In this document: piece after piece, positions 35,612 through 44,245 of the stretch | Numbering within the stretch: position 1 is the first letter of the stretch | Layout of the letters: each line of letters opens with the position of its first letter | Origin: a virus | Direction: 5' to 3' (one strand) | Virus record (IMG/VR): IMGVR_UViG_3300046777_002520 | Location: 127,967 to 191,966 of that record | DNA: 64,000 nucleotides | The notes under the pieces: generated by a model | What the model was told of the DNA's origin: nothing | The model's input: the letters and a program-made list of their open reading frames with translations, nothing else | Database searches by the model: none | Made by a program: the position numbers and the translations under genes

Positions 35612-37291
35612 GTGTCATCAGTAACCAACAATAACTGGTACAACCTGAACTCGACCAGAAAGTATCCTCTGGACGACGGCTGTACTGGTATTGATGATGC
35701 TGGAAAGGTTTTTCCAGCCACGGCTATTGTTGACTTGAATGTGAGCCTGAAAAAATCGCTGGGCTTGGGCGTAATGATTAGCAGCGTGTCTGCTAACGCC
35801 AACCTGGTGTCAGTCACTTTTCTGGCCATCAACCATCCGATCACGCCGTCTCTTTACGACTCAGCGCCTCCAGCGCTGTCTTTTAGCCCGTTGTGCCTTG
35901 TGACAGTCAGAAAGCCAGTAAGGTTGGGTGTGCCCTACAGACTGACTCCGTTAGTGGACGGTGTTGCTGGCTGGATCGTGTTTGGTGAAGGCATAAACAG
36001 GACGATAAACAGCAGGTTCAGCACTCCCATACAGTCAGCAGTCGCTCCCAAATCCTGTCGCTATTACAACGATTTTCCAGTCACATCCATAGGCAAGCTG
36101 GGGTCGGTTGAAAAGCTGACTGGCTTGGTGCGGCTGCAGGAAGGCAGAGACATAAGCATCACCAAGGAAACAAGGTTTATACAGGGCGAGAACAAAGAGG
36201 TAATAGTCTTTGCCCTGCGCGAGAACGCTGAAAACAACGTGCTCAGCCTTTACACAGGTCCGTGCGGCGGCAGGCCTGAGTCGAACAGCTGTGGTCGAGT
36301 CTCTGTTGAGTACCTGAACACGGTGCAGCCAGACTGCGACGGAAACATAGACATAACCTTCCCAGAGCCGTTCGTGATTGCTGAGGGTGGACCGGGCAGG
36401 CTGTCTCTGGATTACCCAGTTGGCCTGAACGACGCTTGCACAAAGGCAGACAGGCTTCCAGACCCGACAGGACGACTGCCAGGACAGTACGACGACCTGT
36501 GTAACCCAGACTCTGAAGGCGACCCAGACGGAAACATACCCCAGGCTGCACCTGTGCTACCAGCACCCGTAGAGATCAGCAGCTCGACTATCGACTACAC
36601 AGGTTTACCAGCTTGCATAAACTTCGACGACAAGACAACGCAGTCGTGGCAGGTTGTTAAGGGTCAGTTCGACATAACTGAAACAGACAGCCCCATGGAG
36701 CTGTGTCCGACAATACTCAGCAGCGACAGCTCCTCAGCATCGCCTGGCGAGTCGTCTTCGTTTCCAGTGCATGTCTATGGCGCTTACAGAGCCATAATTG
36801 AGGGAGAGAGGAATGTAGCGCTGTGGTACAACCCAGCATATACCTCAACACTAAACATCAGGCTCATAACTGATGTAAGGCTTACATCCAGAAACGTGCC
36901 AGCCAATGGCGCTATCATTCTTAACTACAGGGCAAACTCTGAAGGCATAACTGACGAATACTATTTGGTAGAGATAAACAGAAAAGAATCAGCGTTCGCT
37001 ATAAAAAAATTCAATGGAGCTTTCTTTATAGAAGTAGTGTCAGCCAAGCCTTTGGGCATAGCTCTAGACTCGTGGTACAGGATAAAGGTAGAGGTAACTC
37101 CTGGTACCGCAGGTAAGACGCGCATAGACGCTTATCTCTACTCAGTGCAGGACTACCCAGAAAATCCGCTGGACCTGTTGTCCTACCTCAACTGCGAAGT
37201 GTCAAACTACGCGCCGTACACAGGGAAAGTGGGACTGGGCACAACCAACTCAGAAGCCGCGTTCTCGTTCTTCGTCATGGAGAACATCTGA
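35612..37291 (+). CDS. Cys-rich tail-tip protein (family member 3), possible C-terminal beta-sandwich/lectin-like domain
   Basis: NWYNLNSTRKYPL and YLNTVQPDCDGNI motifs. C-terminal ...WYRIKVEV...GKVGLGT pattern resembles beta-sandwich domains. Confidence 0.55.
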   Translation: MSSVTNNNWYNLNSTRKYPLDDGCTGIDDAGKVFPATAIVDLNVSLKKSLGLGVMISSVSANANLVSVTFLAINHPITPSLYDSAPPALSFSPLCLVTVRKPVRLGVPYRLTPLVDGVAGWIVFGEGINRTINSRFSTPIQSAVAPKSCRYYNDFPVTSIGKLGSVEKLTGLVRLQEGRDISITKETRFIQGENKEVIVFALRENAENNVLSLYTGPCGGRPESNSCGRVSVEYLNTVQPDCDGNIDITFPEPFVIAEGGPGRLSLDYPVGLNDACTKADRLPDPTGRLPGQYDDLCNPDSEGDPDGNIPQAAPVLPAPVEISSSTIDYTGLPACINFDDKTTQSWQVVKGQFDITETDSPMELCPTILSSDSSSASPGESSSFPVHVYGAYRAIIEGERNVALWYNPAYTSTLNIRLITDVRLTSRNVPANGAIILNYRANSEGITDEYYLVEINRKESAFAIKKFNGAFFIEVVSAKPLGIALDSWYRIKVEVTPGTAGKTRIDAYLYSVQDYPENPLDLLSYLNCEVSNYAPYTGKVGLGTTNSEAAFSFFVMENI

Positions 37292-38070
37292 TGCCAGCCC
37301 AGAGAAACATAGTCCCAGAGTGGCGCGACGAGCAGGCAGACTCGCGCTACCCGTTCGCAGACTCGGCCACGCTGACGTCTGGGTCGGCATCCATACCCAA
37401 GGACACGTTCCTGGACGCCATACTGCATCCGATAGGGCTGAACGCTCCGCTATACCTGCGGCAGATAGACGTAGCCACCAACCTCGTCACGATAACCATA
37501 AGCGACACAAGGAACACGATGGCCATAACTGGATCATTCGATCCGTTTGGTGGCGACGACTCCATAGCGCTTATAGACGAATACGGACGAAACGCAGGTC
37601 TTCTGATCTGCGACGAGGACAGGATACGCAGGTTCCAGAGCTGGGCTTTTGGAACCTATGGCTTTGGCGACACGGCTGAGTTCGTGGCTTCAGTCACGGT
37701 TCCGCTTCCAGCCGACTACGTGAGCGGTTTCATCCTGCCTGACGGTTCGGTCATGTCTGGTGACGTCTGGTTTGTCGGTGAGCGAGGCGTGGCGATACGG
37801 AAAGATGACGGAGCCATACGCTTCGACTTCATAGGCGATCCGTTGTTCAAGCGCCTGCTGTGCAAGGACTCGACAGACAGGACAGACCTGTTTGTCACGC
37901 CCAGGTTCCTGAAGACCATCAACGGCGTCCCACCAGACGAATACGGCAACTTCGTCATAACGATCAACAACGAGCTGGCTGGCGACACCATCCTCAGGGT
38001 TTACCCAGACGCTGACAACAACATTTTGAAAATTGAGTTCGTCGGCCAACGGCTGGAGAGCGTGGTATGA
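37291..38070 (+). CDS. tail-tip protein (family member 4)
   Basis: EWRDEQADSRYPF and LKTINGVPPDEYGNF motifs. Confidence 0.6.
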   Translation: MPAQRNIVPEWRDEQADSRYPFADSATLTSGSASIPKDTFLDAILHPIGLNAPLYLRQIDVATNLVTITISDTRNTMAITGSFDPFGGDDSIALIDEYGRNAGLLICDEDRIRRFQSWAFGTYGFGDTAEFVASVTVPLPADYVSGFILPDGSVMSGDVWFVGERGVAIRKDDGAIRFDFIGDPLFKRLLCKDSTDRTDLFVTPRFLKTINGVPPDEYGNFVITINNELAGDTILRVYPDADNNILKIEFVGQRLESVV

Positions 38071-39119
38071 GTCGCGCTGGGTTCTATTCAGACAACGAGC
38101 TGAGAAACTACCCGTTCGTAACGGGTGGTGACTTGCCCCTGCTTGACTCTGTCATAGTTGACTTTGGTTGCGTCATGGGACCGCAGGCAAACTTCGTCAG
38201 CGGTCAGGACAAGGTCTACCTCTACCAGATAACCAGGTTCGAGGATCTTTTCAGATTCGAGTTCAAGACGACGGCGTCAGGCTTGTCTGGTAGATCCCTG
38301 GTGTTTGAGTTCCACGTATCCGACGCCGAGTACTCGACCAGATACGCCACAGACGACATCGCTTTGGGATCATCCTCGGCCGTGTACTCTGGATCGTCTC
38401 AGACGGCTGAAGACGTGAAATGGGAAGGGTTTCTGGTTGTCGGAAAAATCTTGGATGCCGCGTACTCTCTTAGCAATCTTGTGGGTGTTCCGTCTGGAGC
38501 CTTGCTGTGGAGGAACGCGACGGAAGGGCTTCTGTTTAGCAACGGTGGTTTCATTCTGGAGCAGATAGTAACTGTCGAGATAGGCAACTCGGTCTCTGAC
38601 GACAACCAAACGATGGTAATCGAGCCTGCGCTTGTTCAAAATCTGGCTGGCGCTTACGTCGAGCGCATCAACCTGGCTAACAAGAAGAGAACGACTTACA
38701 CACCTCCAGAAGGCTGCTCATTGTCGTCTGAAGTAGACTACGAGCCTTACTACGTTAATGCCACGAACATAACTGGCGATGTAAAAGTAAAAGAAGGATA
38801 CAATTGCACGATATTTGTAAGTAAGGCAGAAAACTCAATAACTTTCGCAGCTAACGTTGGTAGTGGTGCTGGAGAGCCTTGCTCTGAGTTCGTGTTTTAT
38901 GAAGGCGAGCAATCTCCAGACTCTAATCTGCTTACAGGTGGTCCGTCTTGTGGAGAGACTATAAAATCAATTAACGGATTAACTGGAAGAGTGATTAACA
39001 TACAAGGCGGTCTTGGCGTTAGAGTTGACGCAGGAGAAGGCAATAGGCTAATTGTCACGCCAGATCATAACGGAATGGCTTTGTGCGCTAACATACAGAC
39101 GAGCTCTGTCGGAGGTTAG
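38067..39119 (+). CDS. tail-tip protein (family member 5)
   Basis: FYSDNELRNYPF and IKSINGL motifs. Confidence 0.6.
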   Translation: MSRAGFYSDNELRNYPFVTGGDLPLLDSVIVDFGCVMGPQANFVSGQDKVYLYQITRFEDLFRFEFKTTASGLSGRSLVFEFHVSDAEYSTRYATDDIALGSSSAVYSGSSQTAEDVKWEGFLVVGKILDAAYSLSNLVGVPSGALLWRNATEGLLFSNGGFILEQIVTVEIGNSVSDDNQTMVIEPALVQNLAGAYVERINLANKKRTTYTPPEGCSLSSEVDYEPYYVNATNITGDVKVKEGYNCTIFVSKAENSITFAANVGSGAGEPCSEFVFYEGEQSPDSNLLTGGPSCGETIKSINGLTGRVINIQGGLGVRVDAGEGNRLIVTPDHNGMALCANIQTSSVGG

Positions 39120-39121
39120 AC

Positions 39122-40492
39122 GTGGGGTCTGTATTCGACACAAATACCAAGTGCAGTCTTCCGTCGATACCAGCTATCGGCGGTTTTGACTTTATTTCAG
39201 ACTGTACTGTCCCTGACGCGCCTCCACCCATCTACGAATGCCCAGACCTTGAGTTTGATCTGCCTTTCGCTGGTCCTCCTGGACCTCCAGGCGTTCCTGG
39301 CCCTCCAGGCGTTCCTGGTCCTCCAGGAGCTGGAGCGTGTCCTGCCATCAGCGTCAGCGCCACGGGCGACATCGTCCAAAAGAAAACAGTAAGCCAGCCA
39401 GCACTCGATGTTCAGGCCGAGATGGTCAACAAGGACCAGGAGAACTCGTCGTCTCCTTGCGAAAAGAAGCTGGACATCAAAATCAACATGAGCCTGCCGT
39501 GTCCCGACGTGGATTTCGCAGGTAGCCTGGCTGTCAACAAGACAGTACTGGAACCAAAGCTGGACATAGTCACCAGCGAAAAGTACCCAGACTCGGACAA
39601 GTGCGGAAAGATAGTGCAGATCGACATGAGTCTGCCCTGTCCCGATGTTGACTTCACAGGCAGTCTGGCTGTCAACAAGACGGTACTGGAACCAAGGGTT
39701 GAGATCCTAACTACTGACAAATACCCAGACACCGATCAGTGCGGAAAGCTCGTTGAAATAGACATGAGCCTGCCGTGCCCAGAAACTGATTTCACGGGCA
39801 GCCTGGCTTTGAACAAGACTGTCTTAACGCCAAGACTTGAAATAACAGCCACTGACAAATACCCAGACTCGGACAAATGCGGACAGATTGTTGATTTTGG
39901 CGTCAGTATTCCCTGCCCTGAGGTGGAGTTTGCTGGGCATTCAAAGATAGCTCAGGCTAGAAACATAGCCACGCCTAAGCTCAATATCACAGAGACGCCC
40001 AAGTATCCAGAAACTAACCAGTGCGGTGAGAACGTCAGTCTGGGGCTTAGTTTGCCTTGTGCTGACTTTGATTTTACAGGCCAGCTCACCGTGTTGGACG
40101 CAGGCGCTACGCCAACTCTGGAAGTCGAGCAGACCAACAAGTACCCAGCCACACAACAGTGTGGCAGTGTCATCAACTTCAAGTTCAACATTCCCAAAGC
40201 CACAGCGTGGTGCTCTGGTTACGGTCCACCCTCTGTAGGAACATGCGATAACGGTGACTACTATCTAGACCTCGGCAACGGTAATGTTTACATCAAGTCT
40301 GGAGGAGGTTGGTCAGGCCCTGTCACCAACATCAAGGGACAGGACGGTAGCGACGGCAGCGATGGTAGGGATGGTAGTGACGGAAAAGACGGTGAGCCGT
40401 GTACGCCAGACTGCCCAAGAGTTACAGGTGTCGTGTGTACTGGTGGCGTGCTTGTGGTAACATACGCAACTAAGTGCGACGCGGCCCCGTAA
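39122..40492 (+). CDS. collagen-like, repeat-containing tail fibre protein
   Basis: Two Gly-X-Y tracts plus five Cys-bracketed 46-48 aa repeats. Confidence 0.7.
   Translation: MGSVFDTNTKCSLPSIPAIGGFDFISDCTVPDAPPPIYECPDLEFDLPFAGPPGPPGVPGPPGVPGPPGAGACPAISVSATGDIVQKKTVSQPALDVQAEMVNKDQENSSSPCEKKLDIKINMSLPCPDVDFAGSLAVNKTVLEPKLDIVTSEKYPDSDKCGKIVQIDMSLPCPDVDFTGSLAVNKTVLEPRVEILTTDKYPDTDQCGKLVEIDMSLPCPETDFTGSLALNKTVLTPRLEITATDKYPDSDKCGQIVDFGVSIPCPEVEFAGHSKIAQARNIATPKLNITETPKYPETNQCGENVSLGLSLPCADFDFTGQLTVLDAGATPTLEVEQTNKYPATQQCGSVINFKFNIPKATAWCSGYGPPSVGTCDNGDYYLDLGNGNVYIKSGGGWSGPVTNIKGQDGSDGSDGRDGSDGKDGEPCTPDCPRVTGVVCTGGVLVVTYATKCDAAP
39272..39334 (+). repeat. collagen Gly-X-Y tract (GPP/GVP)
   Basis: GPPGPPGVPGPPGVPGPPGAG. 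Confidence 0.9.
39488..40190 (+). repeat. five tandem 138-144 bp repeats (46-48 aa)
   Basis: Units start at 39488, 39626, 39764, 39902 and 40046; consensus SLPCPxxDFxGSLAVNKTVLEPKLxIxxxxKYPDxDxCGKxVxID. Confidence 0.92.
40337..40399 (+). repeat. collagen Gly-X-Asp tract
   Basis: GQDGSDGSDGRDGSDGKDGEP. Confidence 0.88.
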
Positions 40493-40504
40493 GAAAGGTA
40501 AGTC

Positions 40505-41098
40505 ATGGCTAAGGCTAAAAGCAGCAGCGTATCCAGCGAGTCTTGGGAATACGATAAGTTTGGGTGCTACACCAGAGATGTGCTGCTAGACTGTAAAAAC
40601 AAAGCACCTACTTTAACCTTCAGCCCCGTCTACCACATCTGCTGGGGTTTCAGGGCTTTGCCTCAAAGTTTGAATTTTATAGCTGGGCCAACCACTTTTT
40701 TAAGCGACCCACCTGATACAGTGGCCTGTTTTAACTGGCCGACTGAACAGATTACTGGATCAATGACCAGAGGCACTCCAGATGGGTTTTCAGCCTGCTA
40801 TGCGCTGTGGAGCAGCCAACCTCCGTTTAAAATTGTTTTTAACTACAAGCCTTACAATAATTTTGGCGATTTCACCATACCTGACCGATGGCCCATAAGT
40901 ACAACAATCAACAGACCTGATCTGACGGTAGATTTTGCCGTTGGTTTGGATATGCCAGGAGCAATAACTTACTCTGGCACGTCAGGGTCATGTTCACAGA
41001 GCCCATCTCCTGGAGGTACAGTTACCCTGACAATTAGTACCCTGGCTACTATAGAGAATAAGTGCTCCTGTCCAATAACGGTCTGGTACCAGGAATAA
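40505..41098 (+). CDS. Cys-containing hypothetical fibre/receptor-binding-region protein
   Basis: RBS AAGGT; visibly more AT-rich codon use than core structural genes. Confidence 0.6.
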   Translation: MAKAKSSSVSSESWEYDKFGCYTRDVLLDCKNKAPTLTFSPVYHICWGFRALPQSLNFIAGPTTFLSDPPDTVACFNWPTEQITGSMTRGTPDGFSACYALWSSQPPFKIVFNYKPYNNFGDFTIPDRWPISTTINRPDLTVDFAVGLDMPGAITYSGTSGSCSQSPSPGGTVTLTISTLATIENKCSCPITVWYQE

Positions 41099-41101
41099 AT
41101 C

Positions 41102-42313
41102 ATGGCCAAAGGCGCTTGGGCAGAGACTCTGTATGGGGACTGCATAAACAACTTCAAAGGCTGTATGCCTTTCAAGACGGTAACAATCCATACATTGCTG
41201 GGTCCGTCTTTCGGGCCTCAGCCTTTTTATAACGGAGCTGGCTTTTGCTCGTGTGGAAAAGTAGCCCCTGCTGATGACGCAGAGACAGGTTTCGCCTGGG
41301 GCGGTTACAACAATCTAGATTACACGTCTTTTCCACAGGGTCCGCTTTACGGAAGGCAGCCGATGATCTCGGACAGCCCTCCCAGGCCCGTGACTATAAA
41401 ATCATATACCGGCGCACCGCTATACTTTAAAACAGCAGATATCGACAAGGTGAACTCGCGAAGACGTTTCATATTCAATCAGCCTAATTACGTTTCTGGG
41501 CCAGCCATAAAGCGAGTGCATATGGCAACGCCTCTGAAAAGAAGGCTCAAGGGAAACGTAAACCTAAACAATAAAAATTATCAGAACAGGTATGACTTTA
41601 ACTTTACAGATGCCAGCGTTACATCTGCTGACAACTCCGTAGCTGGTGGACCCATATACGGTCAAACAGACTGGCTGGGGCAGATGCACCCAGCTGGTTA
41701 CTTTTGGACCAACTCTGGACTGGACGAGCCTTTCAAGGCAGTTGATTTTTACGAACAAAGCGGACAGCTGCCAAACACATCGGACGCAAACAGAGAGTGG
41801 TACATACCTTTCTGCAGCAACATACCAGCTTACGGCTCTACTTCAAGCAACTCACCGATAGGTTCGTATATAGGCTACACGGTAATATACTACCTATCAT
41901 TTGCCTTCGTTCATTTTGGCGACGCTATCGTTACAGTGACAGACCCAGCCACCGGGCAACAGACAAACAAAAGGCCTTTCCTTCCTTGTGACTATAGAAA
42001 AGAAATACCAGCAGTCGGTGACTGCACCAAGATAGCGCACGCTTACCAGCTTCTGAGCTTAGACGCGCATTGGTTTATGGTTGGTACAGAGGGCATAGGC
42101 AGTCCAAAAATAGGAAGCATAAGAGGCTGGTTCTACAACGATCCCAACCAGGACGCAACGCTGTGTAACCCGTATATGTACGCTATGTTCTTGACGCCTG
42201 CAGCTCTTTCAGCTTCAATTTGGCGTCTTTATGTTAATTTCGACATGCAGGATTTAACGCAGAGACAGGTTACTTTCGGCCTTACTGGTCTTGGGATGTA
42301 CCTATCGCCATGA
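41102..42313 (+). CDS. hypothetical fibre/receptor-binding-region protein
   Basis: 403 aa, rich in aromatic residues, Gly and Cys; tightly coupled to its neighbours. Confidence 0.6.
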   Translation: MAKGAWAETLYGDCINNFKGCMPFKTVTIHTLLGPSFGPQPFYNGAGFCSCGKVAPADDAETGFAWGGYNNLDYTSFPQGPLYGRQPMISDSPPRPVTIKSYTGAPLYFKTADIDKVNSRRRFIFNQPNYVSGPAIKRVHMATPLKRRLKGNVNLNNKNYQNRYDFNFTDASVTSADNSVAGGPIYGQTDWLGQMHPAGYFWTNSGLDEPFKAVDFYEQSGQLPNTSDANREWYIPFCSNIPAYGSTSSNSPIGSYIGYTVIYYLSFAFVHFGDAIVTVTDPATGQQTNKRPFLPCDYRKEIPAVGDCTKIAHAYQLLSLDAHWFMVGTEGIGSPKIGSIRGWFYNDPNQDATLCNPYMYAMFLTPAALSASIWRLYVNFDMQDLTQRQVTFGLTGLGMYLSP

Positions 42314-43776
42314 ATATAGACGTAGCAACCAACGTTTGCGGCGACGAACCATCACTTATCTTCCCGACTATAGACTGCCCCCTGTGCGCTGTGGGTTGGC
42401 CTATGGCTGGAGGTTTCGTCGGCCTGGAGTTTTACGGCCCTTGCTGCGACAAAACAACCTACATCGGTGGTGACTGCGTCTGGAGTTCTGATGGCACAAC
42501 GTGGACAAAGGTCTCTGGCAGCTGCTTGAGCGGTTGCGACTGCCCTTCTCCTCCCATACTGCCGTCGGAGGGGTCGTCCTACATAACGAACTGCAGAATA
42601 CCTACGCCCAGCTACTGGATACGCAGCGGTACAGGCGCATTGCAGTTCACTCTTAAGTGTCCCAACCCTGGAGACAACGCCGAGCCGAGCATAACGAGCT
42701 GGATATCTGAAGGTACATTTAGCGGTAACGTACCTGTCGGCACGGAAGCGGCTAACCGCTACAAGATGCGCACAACCGTGACGCCTCTAGATTCCAACAC
42801 ATTGAGCCTGTCAGGCACAATCTGGTGGCTGGATGAGACAAAAACGTGGCGCAGCTACATGTCGTTCAGTACCACGATGGACGAGCTGCCTACAACCTAC
42901 ATGCCGCCTTTCAGGCAGAGAAACTTCAGATCACAGTACGTTCCTGTGTCTGCCAGCCTGGACGGCGGCATCGGTGATCCTATCAGCTACGTGGTTTTGA
43001 CTGTACAGCTCATCCCTTTCAGAGAAGGCTGTGGCACAGAAGACAACAGCGTACCCAAGTGCGGCTTCTGGGATTACACTGGCTGGCATTCTTGCTTCAG
43101 GGCGCACATAGAGGGCAACAGCACAGCCAGCTTGGACGGGTCATCACCAAACATAGGAAGATTTGTGCAGCTGGGTTTGGACGGAAATCCGTGCGGTGGC
43201 ATAGTGTCAGGAAGTAGCCCTCCAAGCTATGAGAGGCATTGCGCCTGTGACGTTATCAACAACAAAGCGACAGCATTTAGCCATATTGCTGACGAAAACA
43301 ACGACCCTAACTACATAAGCACTTATGCTGTAATAGGCGCACCTGGTTCTGCGCTCTACGCTGCTGAAACTGCGGCTTATTCAAGGCAGCAGGTTCAAAT
43401 CGGTGGTCCTCTGTGTGTGAAAAACGTCAACAATGGGCCGATACATATTGGCTACTTTAACGGGACGGCGTGGGAAACAGCGCTAGCTTCGCAAGTTCAG
43501 GCTACTGGGCCGCACATTTACAAAGCCACGTTTACAGATGTGACTGTCTGGCTGTACTCCTTGAGATTCCCTAACCCTGAAATACTTCCAGAGGGTTGTC
43601 CTGCCACAGAAACAGGTCCTGACTGCGGTGGCAGCTGCTACTACATACAAGATCCGCTCACAGGCGCGTGGGTGCTGCAGCCTGGAAACTGCGGAGAGTG
43701 GTCTGGTTGTTCTTGTCTGCCTCCTGATCCCATGTATCTTGTAGGTGGATACATGTTGACACCCTGCACGTCCTAG
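42310..43776 (+). CDS. Cys-rich hypothetical fibre-region protein
   Basis: ATGA overlap; Cys clusters at both ends (CSG-CDCPSPP, CGGSC...CSCLPP). Confidence 0.6.
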   Translation: MNIDVATNVCGDEPSLIFPTIDCPLCAVGWPMAGGFVGLEFYGPCCDKTTYIGGDCVWSSDGTTWTKVSGSCLSGCDCPSPPILPSEGSSYITNCRIPTPSYWIRSGTGALQFTLKCPNPGDNAEPSITSWISEGTFSGNVPVGTEAANRYKMRTTVTPLDSNTLSLSGTIWWLDETKTWRSYMSFSTTMDELPTTYMPPFRQRNFRSQYVPVSASLDGGIGDPISYVVLTVQLIPFREGCGTEDNSVPKCGFWDYTGWHSCFRAHIEGNSTASLDGSSPNIGRFVQLGLDGNPCGGIVSGSSPPSYERHCACDVINNKATAFSHIADENNDPNYISTYAVIGAPGSALYAAETAAYSRQQVQIGGPLCVKNVNNGPIHIGYFNGTAWETALASQVQATGPHIYKATFTDVTVWLYSLRFPNPEILPEGCPATETGPDCGGSCYYIQDPLTGAWVLQPGNCGEWSGCSCLPPDPMYLVGGYMLTPCTS

Positions 43777-43786
43777 GAGTTAGGCT

Positions 43787-44236
43787 ATGCTGCCCGAAGA
43801 AATACTAAAAAAATGCGAAGAGCATGGCGTAAAGCTGCAGGTTAAAAACGGAAAGCTGTGGCCAGCTGGCAAAATAGACGCAGAGTTTATAAAGCTCAGC
43901 CACACATTTGTTCCGTACAAACAGCAAGTAATTGACTACATCATCCAGAACAAACCTGAAGATGTAGTGTCTGGTCCCGACGAGGATTTCGTAAGGCCTA
44001 CTGCAGTTACTTATCAAGAAGCGCAGAAGCCAGAATACATCGATAGAGTCAGACGACTCAGAATACCTTGCATACATCTAGGCCCACCTCTTGAAAAAGC
44101 TGCTGGATGCGGTTGTAATGGCGCAGTGATGCACAAGTGCGCTATATTTGAAAAATGTAGACGTACAGGAACAAATACAGACGTTGCCGTATGCACCTCG
44201 TGTGAAAAGTACGAAAGCGGCGTAGAAACTCAATGA
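43787..44236 (+). CDS. small protein with C-terminal Cys cluster
   Basis: RBS AGGAG; CIHLG...GCGC...HKC...KC...CTSC motif suggests metal binding or disulfides. Confidence 0.65.
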   Translation: MLPEEILKKCEEHGVKLQVKNGKLWPAGKIDAEFIKLSHTFVPYKQQVIDYIIQNKPEDVVSGPDEDFVRPTAVTYQEAQKPEYIDRVRRLRIPCIHLGPPLEKAAGCGCNGAVMHKCAIFEKCRRTGTNTDVAVCTSCEKYESGVETQ

Positions 44237-44245
44237 AAGGCTTAA

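Noticed and set aside
39488-40190. Diversity-generating retroelement TR/VR pair
   Set aside because: Repeats are in-frame tandem units differing at all base types, mostly synonymous; no adenine-specific pattern and no reverse transcriptase in the window.
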